The notes under the pieces: generated by a model
Database searches by the model: none
Seen by the model: only the letters and a program-made list of their open reading frames with translations
What the model was told of the DNA's origin: nothing
Assembly (NCBI GenBank): GCA_031362885.1
Contig: JANLTJ010000051.1
Span: 10,629-74,628, forward strand
From: Betaproteobacteria bacterium
GTDB taxonomy: Bacteria; Pseudomonadota; Gammaproteobacteria; Burkholderiales; JACQAP01
Length of the DNA: 64,000 bases
Direction of reading: 5' to 3'
Program-made: the position numbers and the translations under genes
Shown here: one piece after another, positions 19,275 through 29,917 of the stretch
Layout of the letters: each line of letters starts with the position of its first letter
Position numbering within the stretch: position 1 is the first letter of the stretch

Positions 19275-19335
19275 AGTTCCCGGGAAGAACGTCTTATCCT
19301 CAATCAAACCGCAAGAAGACTTGCGGGCGTACGGC

Positions 19336-20931
19336 CTAGAAGTTCACTTGTCCCCGGAGACTGATTACGGTCTCCGAGTCGATGGCGGTTTGAGTCGCCG
19401 GACCGCTTACGTCGAGGGCTTTCACGCATTCAGTGGTACTCGTCGCATTGCCGGCCCCGGTGAAGCATGTGCCCTCGTAGTCGGTCTTGGCATAGTTCAG
19501 CATGATTCTGGCGTTTGAGTTCAGGAGCCAGTTCACGCCCACGGTGAACGTCTTTGCCTCATTGTTGTTTTGCTGCCGCGAACTGGTGCCCCCAACAGTG
19601 ATGTCGCTGGCGTCATAGCCCGAGAGCCGAACCCCGAGTTGCCATGCGCCGATACCGCTGCTGCCGACATTGAAATTGCTCTTCGGCTTGACACCGGAAA
19701 ACGTGCCGGCCCGGTAGGCGTCCGACCATTTTTCACCGGTGATATTCCAGATCGCTTCCACGTACTGGGCGCTCACATCGCCGGTTACAGTCTTGTTCGC
19801 GGCTGACGGATGCGTCGCATCGAAGTCGGCCTTGACGTACTCGCCCTGCAATTTGAACGGCCCGATCGCGGCCGCGAGTTCAAGCCCCTGCAACTTCTTG
19901 TCCACGTCGGCGGCCATTTCGTCAAGCCCGCCAAAGGCGGCCGTGCCCAGGGTACTTCCACTGATCTGCGCACGGTAAACGTTTTGCAGGCCGCGATTCT
20001 CACTGCGGAACCCGAGGATCGTTGCTCTGGTCGTGGTTGACGCAGTTGTGCTGGTTTGAGTAGAGCTTGCCGGCCTAATTTGATACTGTCCGGCGGTGCC
20101 CGCCACACCGAGGTGAAGCACGATGCCGTTCCAGCCTCCGATCTGCGCGAAATTGGCGGTCAGGCGGGCAGCGCCTTGCGAATCTTCATTTGCCGAGTTC
20201 AGACTGAAATCTTCCTGAAACACCGAGGCGGCGTAGGTCATGCCCATGATCGGTTCGCCGTGCAGCATTGCGCCTATTTTCTTGGCCGGCGCCAGTTGAT
20301 TGACGTAGGAGCGCTCCATGAAATCGATGCTGTTCGAGCTGGTCAGTTCTTCCAGATTGAACGGCTGCTTGAATCGGCCCATGCGGAACTGGGCTGTTTT
20401 GACGAATCCGAGATTCAGCCAGGCGGTGTCGATCAGATTGGCCGAGCCGCCCAGCGTGTTCGCCACGATCTCGAATCCAACATCCTTGTTCACATAGCCG
20501 TTAAGGCCGATACGGGCGCGGCGCAGTTCCATTCCGGTGGCGACCGAGGCGGTGTCGCGGTCATCGGAGCCTTCAAACATATCGTGGTCGAACGTGCGCG
20601 CATCGAAGTGTACGCGGCCGGTAAGGTTGATGGAGGTCAGCCCATCCGCAGATTCAAAACCGAGTCCCGTTCCCTTGACTTTACCCAGCGTCGTTGCGGC
20701 TTTTTCCGCCTTTTCCATGGCTTGCGCGTCCTTAAACGCTTTCTCGCGGCGCTCGCCGCGTGCTTCGGTGCGCATTTCCTCGTACTCTTCCGACGTGAGC
20801 ACGTTCTTCTCACGCAGTTTTTCCAGCAGCGTTTCCATATCGGCAAGCGCCGGTGCGGCGCCGCCAGCGAACAGCACCGCAATTGATGCCGCCAGCAGTC
20901 CACAGCGCTTCGGGCTGGATCTTGGTTTCAT
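19336..20931 (-). CDS. OprO/OprP-family phosphate-selective porin
   Basis: Signal peptide, N-terminal coiled coil, LRRARIG, GRFKQPFNLEELTSSN..FMERS, C-terminal F. Confidence 0.85.
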   Translation of the reverse strand: MKPRSSPKRCGLLAASIAVLFAGGAAPALADMETLLEKLREKNVLTSEEYEEMRTEARGERREKAFKDAQAMEKAEKAATTLGKVKGTGLGFESADGLTSINLTGRVHFDARTFDHDMFEGSDDRDTASVATGMELRRARIGLNGYVNKDVGFEIVANTLGGSANLIDTAWLNLGFVKTAQFRMGRFKQPFNLEELTSSNSIDFMERSYVNQLAPAKKIGAMLHGEPIMGMTYAASVFQEDFSLNSANEDSQGAARLTANFAQIGGWNGIVLHLGVAGTAGQYQIRPASSTQTSTTASTTTRATILGFRSENRGLQNVYRAQISGSTLGTAAFGGLDEMAADVDKKLQGLELAAAIGPFKLQGEYVKADFDATHPSAANKTVTGDVSAQYVEAIWNITGEKWSDAYRAGTFSGVKPKSNFNVGSSGIGAWQLGVRLSGYDASDITVGGTSSRQQNNNEAKTFTVGVNWLLNSNARIMLNYAKTDYEGTCFTGAGNATSTTECVKALDVSGPATQTAIDSETVISLRGQVNF

Positions 20932-21016
20932 CTTGAGTATTCTCCTGATTAAAAGTAGTAACGCTAAGCATTGTCACCACGAAAACCGGTGATCCAATAC
21001 GTCAATTCTGGCGTTT

Positions 21017-21027
21017 AATTGTGACAG
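21017..21027 (-). promoter_or_regulatory. Possible Pho-box half-site upstream of the porin
   Basis: CTGTCAC-AATT on the minus strand; the second repeat is poor. Confidence 0.3.
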
Positions 21028-21091
21028 CCCGATTACAGCGGCATTGCGCTGTTCTGGAAAATTCCGGGCAGAACGCGCAACCCCGTTCGGT

Positions 21092-22615
21092 TCAAAGGGT
21101 CAGCAGGTAAATCTGCAGCAGCAGGTTGGCTGCCAGGAAAACCGCAACTGCGCCCAGCAGCCGGTTTCTGCGTTTCTGCAGTACCAGCAGCCCGGCCAGT
21201 TCGACTTGTATTTGGCCGTCGCGGTTGTCCGTCAACGCCCGATGCAGCAGTCGAGGCAGTTGCGGCAGCAACGTGCCCCAGCGCGGAGCTTCCTCGCGCA
21301 CATGCCGCAGCAACCCTCGCCAGCCGATTTGTTCCGACATCCATCGTTCCAGAAAGGGTTTGGCGGTAGACCATAGGTCCAGATCCGGATCGAGATCGCG
21401 GCCGAGGCCTTCTATGTTGAGCAGGGTTTTCTGCAGCAAGACCAACTGCGGCTGAATTTCGATGTTGAATCGCCGCGAAGTCTGGAACAGGCGCAACAGT
21501 ACTTTGCCGAAGGAAATCTCGCGCAGTGGTTTGTTGAATATGGGTTCGCACACCGCACGAATGGCGGTCTCGAATTCCTCAACGCGGGTATCGGAAGGAA
21601 TCCAGCCTGACTCCACATGAATTTCGGCGACGCGCCGGTAATCGCGGCGGAAAAACGCCAGAAAATTCTGCGCGAGGTAGCTTTTATCCACCTCGTTGAG
21701 CGTGCCCATGATGCCAAAGTCGAGCGCGATATAACGGCCATCGGCGGCTACCAGAATGTTGCCCGGATGCATGTCGGCGTGGAAAAAACCGTCGCGGAAT
21801 ACCTGAGTGAAAAATATTTCCACGCCGGCGCGCGCCAGCTTCGGGATATCCACGCCCTGTTTCCGCAGCCGCTCCACCTGACTTACCGGCGTTCCGGCCA
21901 TGCGCTCCATGACCATGACCTCGGTGCCGCAATAGTCCCAGAATATTTCCGGAACCAGCATCAGCGCCGAGTTGTTGAAATTGCGCCGCAACTGGCTGGC
22001 GTTGGCCGCTTCGCGCATCAAATCCAGCTCATCTTTCAGGTGCCGGTCGAACTCCGCCACCACTTCCCTGGGTTTCAGCCGCCGGCCGTCTGCCCAGAGC
22101 TTTTCGACCAGGCCGGCGGCGATATTGAGCAACGCGATGTCCTTGACGATGACGGAGGCAATGCCGGGCCGCAGCACCTTGACGGCTACTTCGCACCCGT
22201 TCGGCAGCACGGCGAAGTGCACTTGTGCCACCGAGGCACTGGCGATCGCCACCGGGTCAAACTGCGCGAAGACCTGGCCGACCGGCCGGTGGTAAGTGCG
22301 ATCCAGCGTACGGTAGACCTGCTCCACCGGAAATGGCGGCACCTGGTCTTGCAGTTTCGCCAATTCGTTCGCGATGTCGAGCGGGATCAGGTCGCGGCGC
22401 GTCGATAACACCTGGCCGAACTTGACGAAAATGGGTCCGAGGGTTTCCAGCGCGAGGCGCAACCGCTCGCCGCGCGGGCGATCCAGGCGGCGCCAGAACA
22501 AAGCCGCCGACAACAGCGACCGCAAGCCGAGCACGCGTTCGTGACCCAGGAAGAACTCGTCGAGTCCGAAGCGCAGCGATACGCGAACGATTTTCAGCAA
22601 CCGCAACAAATTCAT
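21092..22615 (-). CDS. ubiB: Ubiquinone biosynthesis kinase-like protein UbiB
   Basis: [47 protein letters not shown]. Confidence 0.96.
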   Translation of the reverse strand: MNLLRLLKIVRVSLRFGLDEFFLGHERVLGLRSLLSAALFWRRLDRPRGERLRLALETLGPIFVKFGQVLSTRRDLIPLDIANELAKLQDQVPPFPVEQVYRTLDRTYHRPVGQVFAQFDPVAIASASVAQVHFAVLPNGCEVAVKVLRPGIASVIVKDIALLNIAAGLVEKLWADGRRLKPREVVAEFDRHLKDELDLMREAANASQLRRNFNNSALMLVPEIFWDYCGTEVMVMERMAGTPVSQVERLRKQGVDIPKLARAGVEIFFTQVFRDGFFHADMHPGNILVAADGRYIALDFGIMGTLNEVDKSYLAQNFLAFFRRDYRRVAEIHVESGWIPSDTRVEEFETAIRAVCEPIFNKPLREISFGKVLLRLFQTSRRFNIEIQPQLVLLQKTLLNIEGLGRDLDPDLDLWSTAKPFLERWMSEQIGWRGLLRHVREEAPRWGTLLPQLPRLLHRALTDNRDGQIQVELAGLLVLQKRRNRLLGAVAVFLAANLLLQIYLLTL

Positions 22616-22631
22616 GGTGTGGGACCGGGGC

Positions 22632-23216
22632 TCAGCCGGTGCCGGTTCGGCGTTGTAAAAGTTGGATGCGTTTTTCCAGGCGCTCGACCGCATCGCGCAC
22701 TTCATCGACGTCGCGCACGAACTCCGCGGCCCGCAAGGGCGTTACCAGCAGATGCTTTTCCTCGGTGAGGAATTCCGCGACGCTGCTGGCGAGGTCCGTT
22801 GCCGCCCGTTTCGGCCACGCCGCCGCCGAGCGTCCGATTTCGGCCATGCGGTGAGCCGCAATGTCTCCGAACACCCGGCTCAAATCCTCCTCGAAATCCC
22901 AGCGTATGTTGGACGCAATCCTGGAAAGAGCCGACGCGAAATCAGTGTCGCCCTCGACGCTGGCATTGCGCCAGGCGTTCTCTCCCTGGGCCAGGATCAG
23001 CAGCAGCGAAGCATGGGTCAAGCGGACCGTGGTTGCCGGCGCGGCGCCCTCCGGAGCGGTGCGCAGCATCGCATCGGGACTGACCACCAGCGCGACGCGC
23101 AACGGAAACAGCTCGAACAGTGCGACTTTGCCGGTGTGTGGCTCCAGACTCTCCCGCGCCCACTGCGACTGGGCCAGCAGATGGTTTACGAGAGTGCTGA
23201 AAACGGCGGCAAGCAT
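22632..23216 (-). CDS. ubiJ: Ubiquinone biosynthesis accessory factor UbiJ (SCP2)
   Basis: [28 protein letters not shown]; lies between ubiE and ubiB. Confidence 0.88.
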   Translation of the reverse strand: MLAAVFSTLVNHLLAQSQWARESLEPHTGKVALFELFPLRVALVVSPDAMLRTAPEGAAPATTVRLTHASLLLILAQGENAWRNASVEGDTDFASALSRIASNIRWDFEEDLSRVFGDIAAHRMAEIGRSAAAWPKRAATDLASSVAEFLTEEKHLLVTPLRAAEFVRDVDEVRDAVERLEKRIQLLQRRTGTG

Positions 23217-23242
23217 GGCGCTTAAGAACTTGTGGCTGGCGC

Positions 23243-23983
23243 TTAGAATTTGTGACCAACGTGCAAGGCCACAACACCGGCGCTCAGATTGAAGTATTCG
23301 ACGCGCTCGCAACCAGCCTGCGCCATCAATTGCCTGAGTTCTTCCTGGCCGGGATGCCTGCGAATCGACTCCGCCAGATAACGGTAACTGTCGGAATCCC
23401 CGGTGACCAGCTTGCCAAGCAGCGGCAGCAGTCGCAATGAGTAGGCGTCATAGGCCGGTCGCAATGCCTGCCATACCTGGGAAAACTCCAGCACCAGTAC
23501 GCGACCACCGGGCCGCACGACGCGCAGCATTTCCGCCAGCGCACGGTCTTTGTGAGTCATATTGCGCAGACCAAAACCCACGATCGCGCAGTCGAAATAA
23601 TTGCCCGGCAACGGCAGGCGCTCGGCGTCGCACTGCACTATCGGCGTCAAATGACCCTGATCGATCAGGCGGTCGCGCCCGCGCCCGAGCATCGCGCGAT
23701 TAATGTCGGTCAGCCAGACTTCGCCTTGATCACCCACGCGGGATACGAACAATGAAGCGAGGTCCGCGGTGCCGCCGGCGACATCGAGCACGCGCCCGCC
23801 CGGGCGCACGGCGCTCATTTCCACTGCAAACCGTTTCCACAGGCGGTGCAGTCCGGCCGACATCAAGTCGTTCATCAGGTCGTAGCGATTGGCAACCGAA
23901 CTGAATACACCGGCAACCCTGGCGGCTTTTTCGCCTTCCGGCACTTTCTGAAAACCGAAATCGGTGGTCTGGTCTGAATTCAT
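23243..23983 (-). CDS. ubiE: Ubiquinone/menaquinone C-methyltransferase
   Basis: [43 protein letters not shown]. Confidence 0.97.
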   Translation of the reverse strand: MNSDQTTDFGFQKVPEGEKAARVAGVFSSVANRYDLMNDLMSAGLHRLWKRFAVEMSAVRPGGRVLDVAGGTADLASLFVSRVGDQGEVWLTDINRAMLGRGRDRLIDQGHLTPIVQCDAERLPLPGNYFDCAIVGFGLRNMTHKDRALAEMLRVVRPGGRVLVLEFSQVWQALRPAYDAYSLRLLPLLGKLVTGDSDSYRYLAESIRRHPGQEELRQLMAQAGCERVEYFNLSAGVVALHVGHKF

Positions 23984-23998
23984 CCTGGAATTTCCGCT

Positions 23999-24424
23999 TC
24001 AGATTTTCTTCCAGGCGGACTTCGCCGCGGGAGTGGGTGATGTATTGCCTGCGGGTTCGCGATGCAAGCCCGCCAGGGCGAGTTTATCGAGATATTGCTG
24101 CCAGAGCCGGGTCTGATTCTCACCCAGTTCGTACAAATAATCCCAGGAATAAAGTCCGGTGTCGTGACCGTCGCTGAATACCAGCTTGATGGCGTAGTTG
24201 CCGACCGGTTCGATGGCGTTAATTTGGACCTCCAGTTTGCCTTCCTGCAAGACCTCCTGTCCGGGACCATGTCCGCGAACTTCGGCGGAAGGCGAATATA
24301 CCCGAAGGTATTCGCAAGCCAGGCGATAGCTCTTGCCATCGTTGAAGCTGATCTCCAGTACACGCGATTTTTGATGCAATTTGATTTCGACGGGGCGCGG
24401 AGTCCCAGGTTGAAGTCCTGACAT
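23999..24424 (-). CDS. DUF971/GBBH-like N-terminal domain protein
   Basis: [34 protein letters not shown]. Confidence 0.9.
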   Translation of the reverse strand: MSGLQPGTPRPVEIKLHQKSRVLEISFNDGKSYRLACEYLRVYSPSAEVRGHGPGQEVLQEGKLEVQINAIEPVGNYAIKLVFSDGHDTGLYSWDYLYELGENQTRLWQQYLDKLALAGLHREPAGNTSPTPAAKSAWKKI

Positions 24425-24495
24425 GGCAATTCCCGGAATCTGTTGGGGGAGGCGCAAGAGCGCAAGGCGTCATCATAGCCTTCAACCTCGCCAGC

Positions 24496-24546
24496 GTGCC
24501 AAAACAGCGTCATCGCCCTGTAACATTTGCTTCATAGTATTGCAAA
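24496..24546 (+). promoter_or_regulatory. Tandem Pho boxes upstream of phoB
   Basis: 11-bp periodic units GTGCCAA-aaca GCGTCAT-cgcc CTGTAAC-attt GCTTCAT-agta TTGCAAA resembling CTGTCAT-N4. Confidence 0.7.
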
Positions 24547-24578
24547 CGAACACCAACACGGAGCGATACAGACCTCTT

Positions 24579-25265
24579 ATGGCAGCTACCATTCTTGTAG
24601 TCGAAGACGAACCAGCCATTCAGGAATTGATAGCCTACAACTTGAAGCAGGCCGGACATCAGCCGTTGCGCGCGGATAACGCGGAACAGGCCATTTCCCT
24701 GGTCGACAATGCACTGCCAGACTTGGTGATACTGGACTGGATGCTGCCCGGACTGACCGGCATCGAGTTCGCCAGACGACTGCGCGCCGACAAGCGCACC
24801 CGCAGCATACCCATCATCATGCTGACGGCTCGATCCGATGAGCAGGACAAGTTGCAGGGTCTGGAGACGGGCGCTGACGACTACATCACCAAGCCTTTTT
24901 CTCCGCGCGAATTGAACGCGCGAATCAAAGCCGTGCTGCGCCGGCGCGCTCCAGAAATGACCGATGACGTTGTGAAACTTGGCGGTCTGCAGCTCGATCC
25001 GGCCAGTCATCGGGTTACCGGCAACGGCGAACTGGTGGAGCTGGGTCCGACCGAATTCAGGCTGCTGCACTTCCTGATGACGCATTCGGAACGTGTGCAT
25101 TCGCGCACCCAGTTGCTCGACCAGATCTGGGGCGATCATGTTTTCGTCGAAGAGCGCACCGTGGACGTGCACATCCGCAGACTGCGCAAGGCGCTGGAGC
25201 CGACCGAATTAGACGCTCTGGTGCAAACGGTGCGCGGCACCGGCTACCGCTTTTCCGCAAGCTGA
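24579..25265 (+). CDS. phoB: Phosphate regulon response regulator
   Basis: [41 protein letters not shown]. Confidence 0.96.
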   Translation: MAATILVVEDEPAIQELIAYNLKQAGHQPLRADNAEQAISLVDNALPDLVILDWMLPGLTGIEFARRLRADKRTRSIPIIMLTARSDEQDKLQGLETGADDYITKPFSPRELNARIKAVLRRRAPEMTDDVVKLGGLQLDPASHRVTGNGELVELGPTEFRLLHFLMTHSERVHSRTQLLDQIWGDHVFVEERTVDVHIRRLRKALEPTELDALVQTVRGTGYRFSAS

Positions 25266-25349
25266 CCGGGTCGCAGATTCGGTAACCGGGGGAGCGGTGC
25301 CGGATAATTCTGCGATAATTCGTGCCCGCTTATTCGAGGGACGAAGCGC

Positions 25350-26681
25350 TTGAAGTTTATTTGGGCCAGGCCGCTGTCCGCGGTCGTCCTGATCGGCGTG
25401 GTCGCGCTGGTTTCGTGGCCACTTTTGGGCGGCAGCAACGCATGGGGGTTGCTTGGCCTGATGCTGCTCGGCCTGCTTACACACCATCTGCACAATCTGT
25501 CGCAGCTCTACCGCTGGCTGCAGAACCCGCGATCGCAGCCAGTGCCCACGGGCTCCGGCGTCTGGGAGTACGTGTATTCCCTGTTGTCGAGATTGCTGAA
25601 GCAGCAGAGGGAAACGGAGCAAAAGCTCGCCGACGCGGTATCGCGCTTCGAGCTTGCCGGCGCGGCATTGCCCGACGCGGTTGTCATTCTCGACGCGGCC
25701 GATCGGATCGAATGGTGCAATCCAAAGGCAGAAGACTACTTTGGACTCGACAACCAGCGCGATCACGGCCAGCAGATAACTTATATCCTCAGGCAACCGC
25801 AGTTCGTGGAGCACATGGCCTCCAGAATTGCCGTCGAACCGCTGGTGATCAAATCGCAGCGCCGCACCGCGGACCATGCCGGAGAAATGGTGCTGGCTGT
25901 GCAGCAGGTGCCTTACGGCGGCAGCCAAAAACTCATTCTCGGGCGCGACATTACGCGCTGGGAGCGGCTTGAAACGACCAGGCGGGATTTTGTCGCCAAC
26001 GTTTCCCATGAAATGCGCACCCCATTGACCGTCGTTGGCGGTTTTCTGGAAACCTTGCAGAGCATGGAAGTGCCCGATGCGGATATGACCCGGCGGGCGA
26101 TCGAACTTATGAGCCAGCAAACCAGCCGCATGACGCATCTGGTCGAGGATCTGCTGACGTTGTCTCGACTCGAAAGTACCCACAATCCGCTGCGCGAAGA
26201 AGATGTCCAGGTGCCCGAATTGCTGCGTGCGCTTCAGCAGGACGCACTATTGCTTTCCGCCGGGCGCCACCGGATACGGGTCAGACTCGACAGCTCCGAA
26301 GGCCTGAAGGGCAACACCGAGGATTTGCGCAGCGCATTCGGCAATCTGATCAGCAACGCCGTTCGCTACACACCGGAAAACGGCGAGATCGAGATAAGCT
26401 GGGAATTGCGCGATGGTCACCCGCGTTTCGCCGTGCACGACAGCGGTATCGGTATCGAGCCGCAGCACATCGAACGGCTGACCGAGCGTTTCTATCGCGT
26501 GGATCGAAGCCGCTCGCGCGAGACGGGTGGTACCGGGCTGGGTCTGGCCATTGTCAAACACGTGCTCAATCGCCATCAGGCCCGGCTCGAAATTCAGAGC
26601 GCACCGGGCAGCGGCAGCACATTTACCATGGTATTTCCTGACACTCGCCGTCTGGTCGCAAGCCGCGCACCGGTAACCTAG
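25350..26681 (+). CDS. phoR: Phosphate regulon sensor kinase
   Basis: N-terminal TM segments, PAS, RRDFVANVSHEMRTPL, ERFYRVD, GGTGLGL. Confidence 0.96.
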   Translation: MKFIWARPLSAVVLIGVVALVSWPLLGGSNAWGLLGLMLLGLLTHHLHNLSQLYRWLQNPRSQPVPTGSGVWEYVYSLLSRLLKQQRETEQKLADAVSRFELAGAALPDAVVILDAADRIEWCNPKAEDYFGLDNQRDHGQQITYILRQPQFVEHMASRIAVEPLVIKSQRRTADHAGEMVLAVQQVPYGGSQKLILGRDITRWERLETTRRDFVANVSHEMRTPLTVVGGFLETLQSMEVPDADMTRRAIELMSQQTSRMTHLVEDLLTLSRLESTHNPLREEDVQVPELLRALQQDALLLSAGRHRIRVRLDSSEGLKGNTEDLRSAFGNLISNAVRYTPENGEIEISWELRDGHPRFAVHDSGIGIEPQHIERLTERFYRVDRSRSRETGGTGLGLAIVKHVLNRHQARLEIQSAPGSGSTFTMVFPDTRRLVASRAPVT

Positions 26682-26741
26682 CAGCCGCGATTCTTCCGGC
26701 GGACTGTTCGGCATCGAAGAAACGCATCGGCAGGCCCTGCG

Positions 26742-27158
26742 TTAGCGATCGAGCAACTGACCCAGACGCTGGCGCAGCAATTTCGCGAATCCGGCGGGCA
26801 ATGGCCTGGCGCCGCCACCTTGCCTGTGTGACCAGACACTGTTGGGAAAATGCGGGTCGTCGGAGAACCGCGGTATGACGTGCCAGTGCAGATGCGCAAC
26901 GACATTGCCAAGACTGGCGAGGTTGAGTTTATCCGGCGCCAGCAATTCGCGCAGGCATTGTTCGACGGCGTAGACCATGCGCATCAACTGCGCACGCTGC
27001 TCCTCGGGCAAGTCGGTCATTTCCCTGGCATGCGCATTCAGGATCACCCGGCAAAAGCCGGGGTGATCGGCGTCACCCACCAGCACGACGCGGGCGAAAC
27101 CATCGTCCCGGATCACTTCCTCGCCGCTCTTGAGGCAAAGTTCACAGGAATTCGTCAT
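26742..27158 (-). CDS. HIT-family protein
   Basis: CELC, NLASLGNVVAHLHWH..PR. Confidence 0.9.
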   Translation of the reverse strand: MTNSCELCLKSGEEVIRDDGFARVVLVGDADHPGFCRVILNAHAREMTDLPEEQRAQLMRMVYAVEQCLRELLAPDKLNLASLGNVVAHLHWHVIPRFSDDPHFPNSVWSHRQGGGARPLPAGFAKLLRQRLGQLLDR

Positions 27159-27177
27159 GACTGAACCCGATCGAGCC

Positions 27178-27576
27178 TCAGGATAAGAGCCGGGCAATGA
27201 GGTAATAGCGTCCGAATTTCCCCAGCGCCATGAACAACACCGACCACGCCAAGTGGAGCCGCAACCAGCCAGCGGCAACGCATAAGGCATCGCCGATGAC
27301 CGGCACCCAGGACAGCAGCAGCACCGGTGCGCCCCAGCGGCGAACCCATTCGAGAGCGCGCCCGCTAAGCGTGCGATCCGGAATCAGGCGGCCAATCAGA
27401 TAGGAACTCGATCCGCCCAGCGTATTACCCAGTGTCGCGACGGCAAGCGCCGGCCAAACACCGGATATGCCGCCGGTCAGCACGCCTGCAAATATGATTT
27501 CCGACCCGCCGGGCAGCACGGTTGCGGCGAGAAAACTGCTGAGGAACAAAGCCCCAAGGCCGAGCGATTCGTTCAC
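27178..27576 (-). CDS. YqaA/DedA-family membrane protein
   Basis: SSFLAATVLPGGSE, GNTLG, LLSWVPVIGDAL, GKFGRY. Confidence 0.88.
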   Translation of the reverse strand: MNESLGLGALFLSSFLAATVLPGGSEIIFAGVLTGGISGVWPALAVATLGNTLGGSSSYLIGRLIPDRTLSGRALEWVRRWGAPVLLLSWVPVIGDALCVAAGWLRLHLAWSVLFMALGKFGRYYLIARLLS

Positions 27577-27668
27577 TGGATTTCCCTGATGACCGGGGCA
27601 GCGCCGCCAATCAGCGGACGCCGCGCAGCGGGTATCCGGGTGACGGGCCGGTGGCGGGCGAAAATGGA

Positions 27669-27745
27669 TGGCGCGCCCGGAGGGAGTCGAACCCCCGACC
27701 TTCGGCTTCGGAAGCCGGCACTCTATCCAGCTGAGCTACGGGCGC
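27669..27745 (-). tRNA. tRNA-Arg(CCG)
   Basis: GCGCCCGTAGCTCAGCTGGATAGAG...TTCCGAA...GGTTCGACTCC...CGGGCGCGCCA; 77-nt cloverleaf with encoded CCA. Confidence 0.96.
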
Positions 27746-27850
27746 CATGAATGGCTAGTTTACGGTCAAACGGGGCATTGCGTCCATGTGAAGGCGCGCC
27801 TGATCGATCCCCGGCGTCGGCCGTCTTGCTGCAACCTGTAGACTACGGCC

Positions 27851-29029
27851 ATGAATGCGCAAGACCCAGTGGATGTCGCGGTGGTTGGTGCCGGACCGGC
27901 GGGCGCCAGTTTCGCGCGCGCCCTGGCAGCGGCCGGGTTGCGTGTCGCGCTGGTGGAACCCAGGGCTGCGCGCGCAATCCCCTCAGTTGGGTTTGATCAG
28001 CGGGTGTACGCGTTGAATCGCCACAGTCGTCGCTTGCTTGAGCGCTGCGGGATCTGGCACAGCTTGTTGCAGGAACGCATTGCGCCAGTGCGCGAAATGC
28101 GGGTGTTCGGCGATGACGGGTCAATGATCGGATTCAGCGCCTACCGTTGCGGGATTCCGGAATTGGCCGCGATTGTCGAGGAAGCCAACTTGCAGCAGGC
28201 ACTGCGCTCGAGCCTGTTCGCGCAGGAAAACCTCATTCTACTGACCGGCATCGAATGTACCGGTGCGCGCTGGAGCGACTCACTGGCGACGTTATCGTTG
28301 TCGAACGGCAGCCAGATCGGGGCTCGTCTGGTGGTTGCGGCCGATGGGGCCGAGTCGCCGTTGCGCGCCGCAGCGGGCATTTCGATCCAGTCACGCGAGT
28401 ACGCGCAAATGGGGGTAGTGGCCAATTTTCAAGTCGAGCAGGCGCATCGCGGTGTGGCTTATCAATGGTTTTCCGCGCAGGGTGTGCTGGCGCTTCTGCC
28501 TTTGCCTGGCAACTGCGTTTCCATGGTCTGGGCGGCACCTGATGAGCATGCGCGGGTTCTTGTGTCCGCTGACGCGGAAGAACTGGCGCGGATGGTGACT
28601 CAGGCCAGCTGCGGCGTACTTGGCCAGTTACAACTGGCGGCAAACAGTACGGCGGTCGGGTTCGCGCTCAGACGCATGCGGGCCAGCCGGCTTATCGGCC
28701 CCCGCCTTGCCCTGATCGGAGACACTGCTCATAATGTGCACCCGCTTGCCGGGCAAGGGCTCAATCTCGGATTGGCTGACGCTCAAGCGTTGGCGGCGGT
28801 GCTGGTCGATCGCGGCATGGAAAGCGACGTGGGCGCGGTTTCGTTGTTGCGCCAGTATGAGCGCAGCCGGCAGCTGGACCTGCTGGCGATGGAACGGGTC
28901 ACTGACGGGTTGCAGGCGCTCTTTTCCAGCGACTTGCCCGGGATCAGACAGTTGCGCAATGCAGGTTTGCGCCTGACCAATCGGATTAATCCACTCAAGC
29001 GCTTGCTCGTGCAACAAGCATTGGGATAA
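27851..29029 (+). CDS. UbiH/UbiI/VisC-family FAD-dependent hydroxylase
   Basis: GAGPAG, RVYAL, ADGAES..R, LIGDTAH.VHPLAGQGLNLG. Confidence 0.9.
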   Translation: MNAQDPVDVAVVGAGPAGASFARALAAAGLRVALVEPRAARAIPSVGFDQRVYALNRHSRRLLERCGIWHSLLQERIAPVREMRVFGDDGSMIGFSAYRCGIPELAAIVEEANLQQALRSSLFAQENLILLTGIECTGARWSDSLATLSLSNGSQIGARLVVAADGAESPLRAAAGISIQSREYAQMGVVANFQVEQAHRGVAYQWFSAQGVLALLPLPGNCVSMVWAAPDEHARVLVSADAEELARMVTQASCGVLGQLQLAANSTAVGFALRRMRASRLIGPRLALIGDTAHNVHPLAGQGLNLGLADAQALAAVLVDRGMESDVGAVSLLRQYERSRQLDLLAMERVTDGLQALFSSDLPGIRQLRNAGLRLTNRINPLKRLLVQQALG

Positions 29030-29097
29030 GCGGTCAAATTGATGCTTTTCTTGTCAATCACTCCTCCTCAATAACTTAAAGGGTTCACCGGGAAATC

Positions 29098-29844
29098 ATG
29101 TTTATTCGCATCCTGACCGTACTATCAAGCGGACTGGCCCTGCTGGCCAGTGTTGCCTGCGCTGACGAAGCCGTGATACGCGCTGAATTCGCCAAGAAGT
29201 ATCCCCAGACCACCATCGAGAGCATTACCAAGACGCCATACCTCGGCTTGTATGAATTGCTGGTGGACGGGGAATTGATGTACACGGATGCCGGTTTCAA
29301 CTACCTGATCCTCGGCAGCATCATCGACACCAAGAGCAAAACCAACGTCACCGATGTGCGCCAACGGGAGATCGAAGACAGGAAACTCAAAGCGCTGGCT
29401 TTTCCGTTCGAGCAACTGCCCTTCGAACTGGCGATCAAGAAGGTCAAAGGCAATGGCAGTCGCAAGGTGGCGGTGTTTTCCGACCCGGATTGCCCTTATT
29501 GCCGCAAGCTGGAAAAGGATATCGAAAAGGTCACCGATGCCACCATCTATATTTTTCTGCTGCCAATCGAGCAATTGCATCCCAAGGCGCCGGCGATATC
29601 GCGCGCAATCTGGTGCGCCCCTGATCGCGTCAAGGCTTGGGACCAGTACATGCTCAAGGGCGTGGCACCGGCTTCACCAGCCTGTGACAACCCGGTGGAC
29701 AAGATCGTGGCTTTCGGACAGTCGAAGAAAATCAACGGCACGCCGACGATCTTTTTTGAGGACGGCAAACGCGTGCCGGGAGCGATTCCCCTCGATCGTT
29801 TCGAGGAGTTGCTCACCAAGGGCAGTAGCAACGGCAAGTCCTAG
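29098..29844 (+). CDS. dsbC: Thiol:disulfide isomerase DsbC
   Basis: Signal peptide, FSDPDCPYCRK, IWCA, GTPT. Confidence 0.92.
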   Translation: MFIRILTVLSSGLALLASVACADEAVIRAEFAKKYPQTTIESITKTPYLGLYELLVDGELMYTDAGFNYLILGSIIDTKSKTNVTDVRQREIEDRKLKALAFPFEQLPFELAIKKVKGNGSRKVAVFSDPDCPYCRKLEKDIEKVTDATIYIFLLPIEQLHPKAPAISRAIWCAPDRVKAWDQYMLKGVAPASPACDNPVDKIVAFGQSKKINGTPTIFFEDGKRVPGAIPLDRFEELLTKGSSNGKS

Positions 29845-29917
29845 TCGTACTTGTCAACGCATCCCACATCTGGAAATGCCGACCCTCTAGAATTGCGGCG
29901 TCGGCTTAACGTGGCAG

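Noticed and set aside
27577-27745. tRNA-Arg as an integration site; C-A mismatch at the top of the anticodon stem and A37
   Set aside because: No integrase or duplicated 3' end nearby; the variations are within the normal tRNA range.
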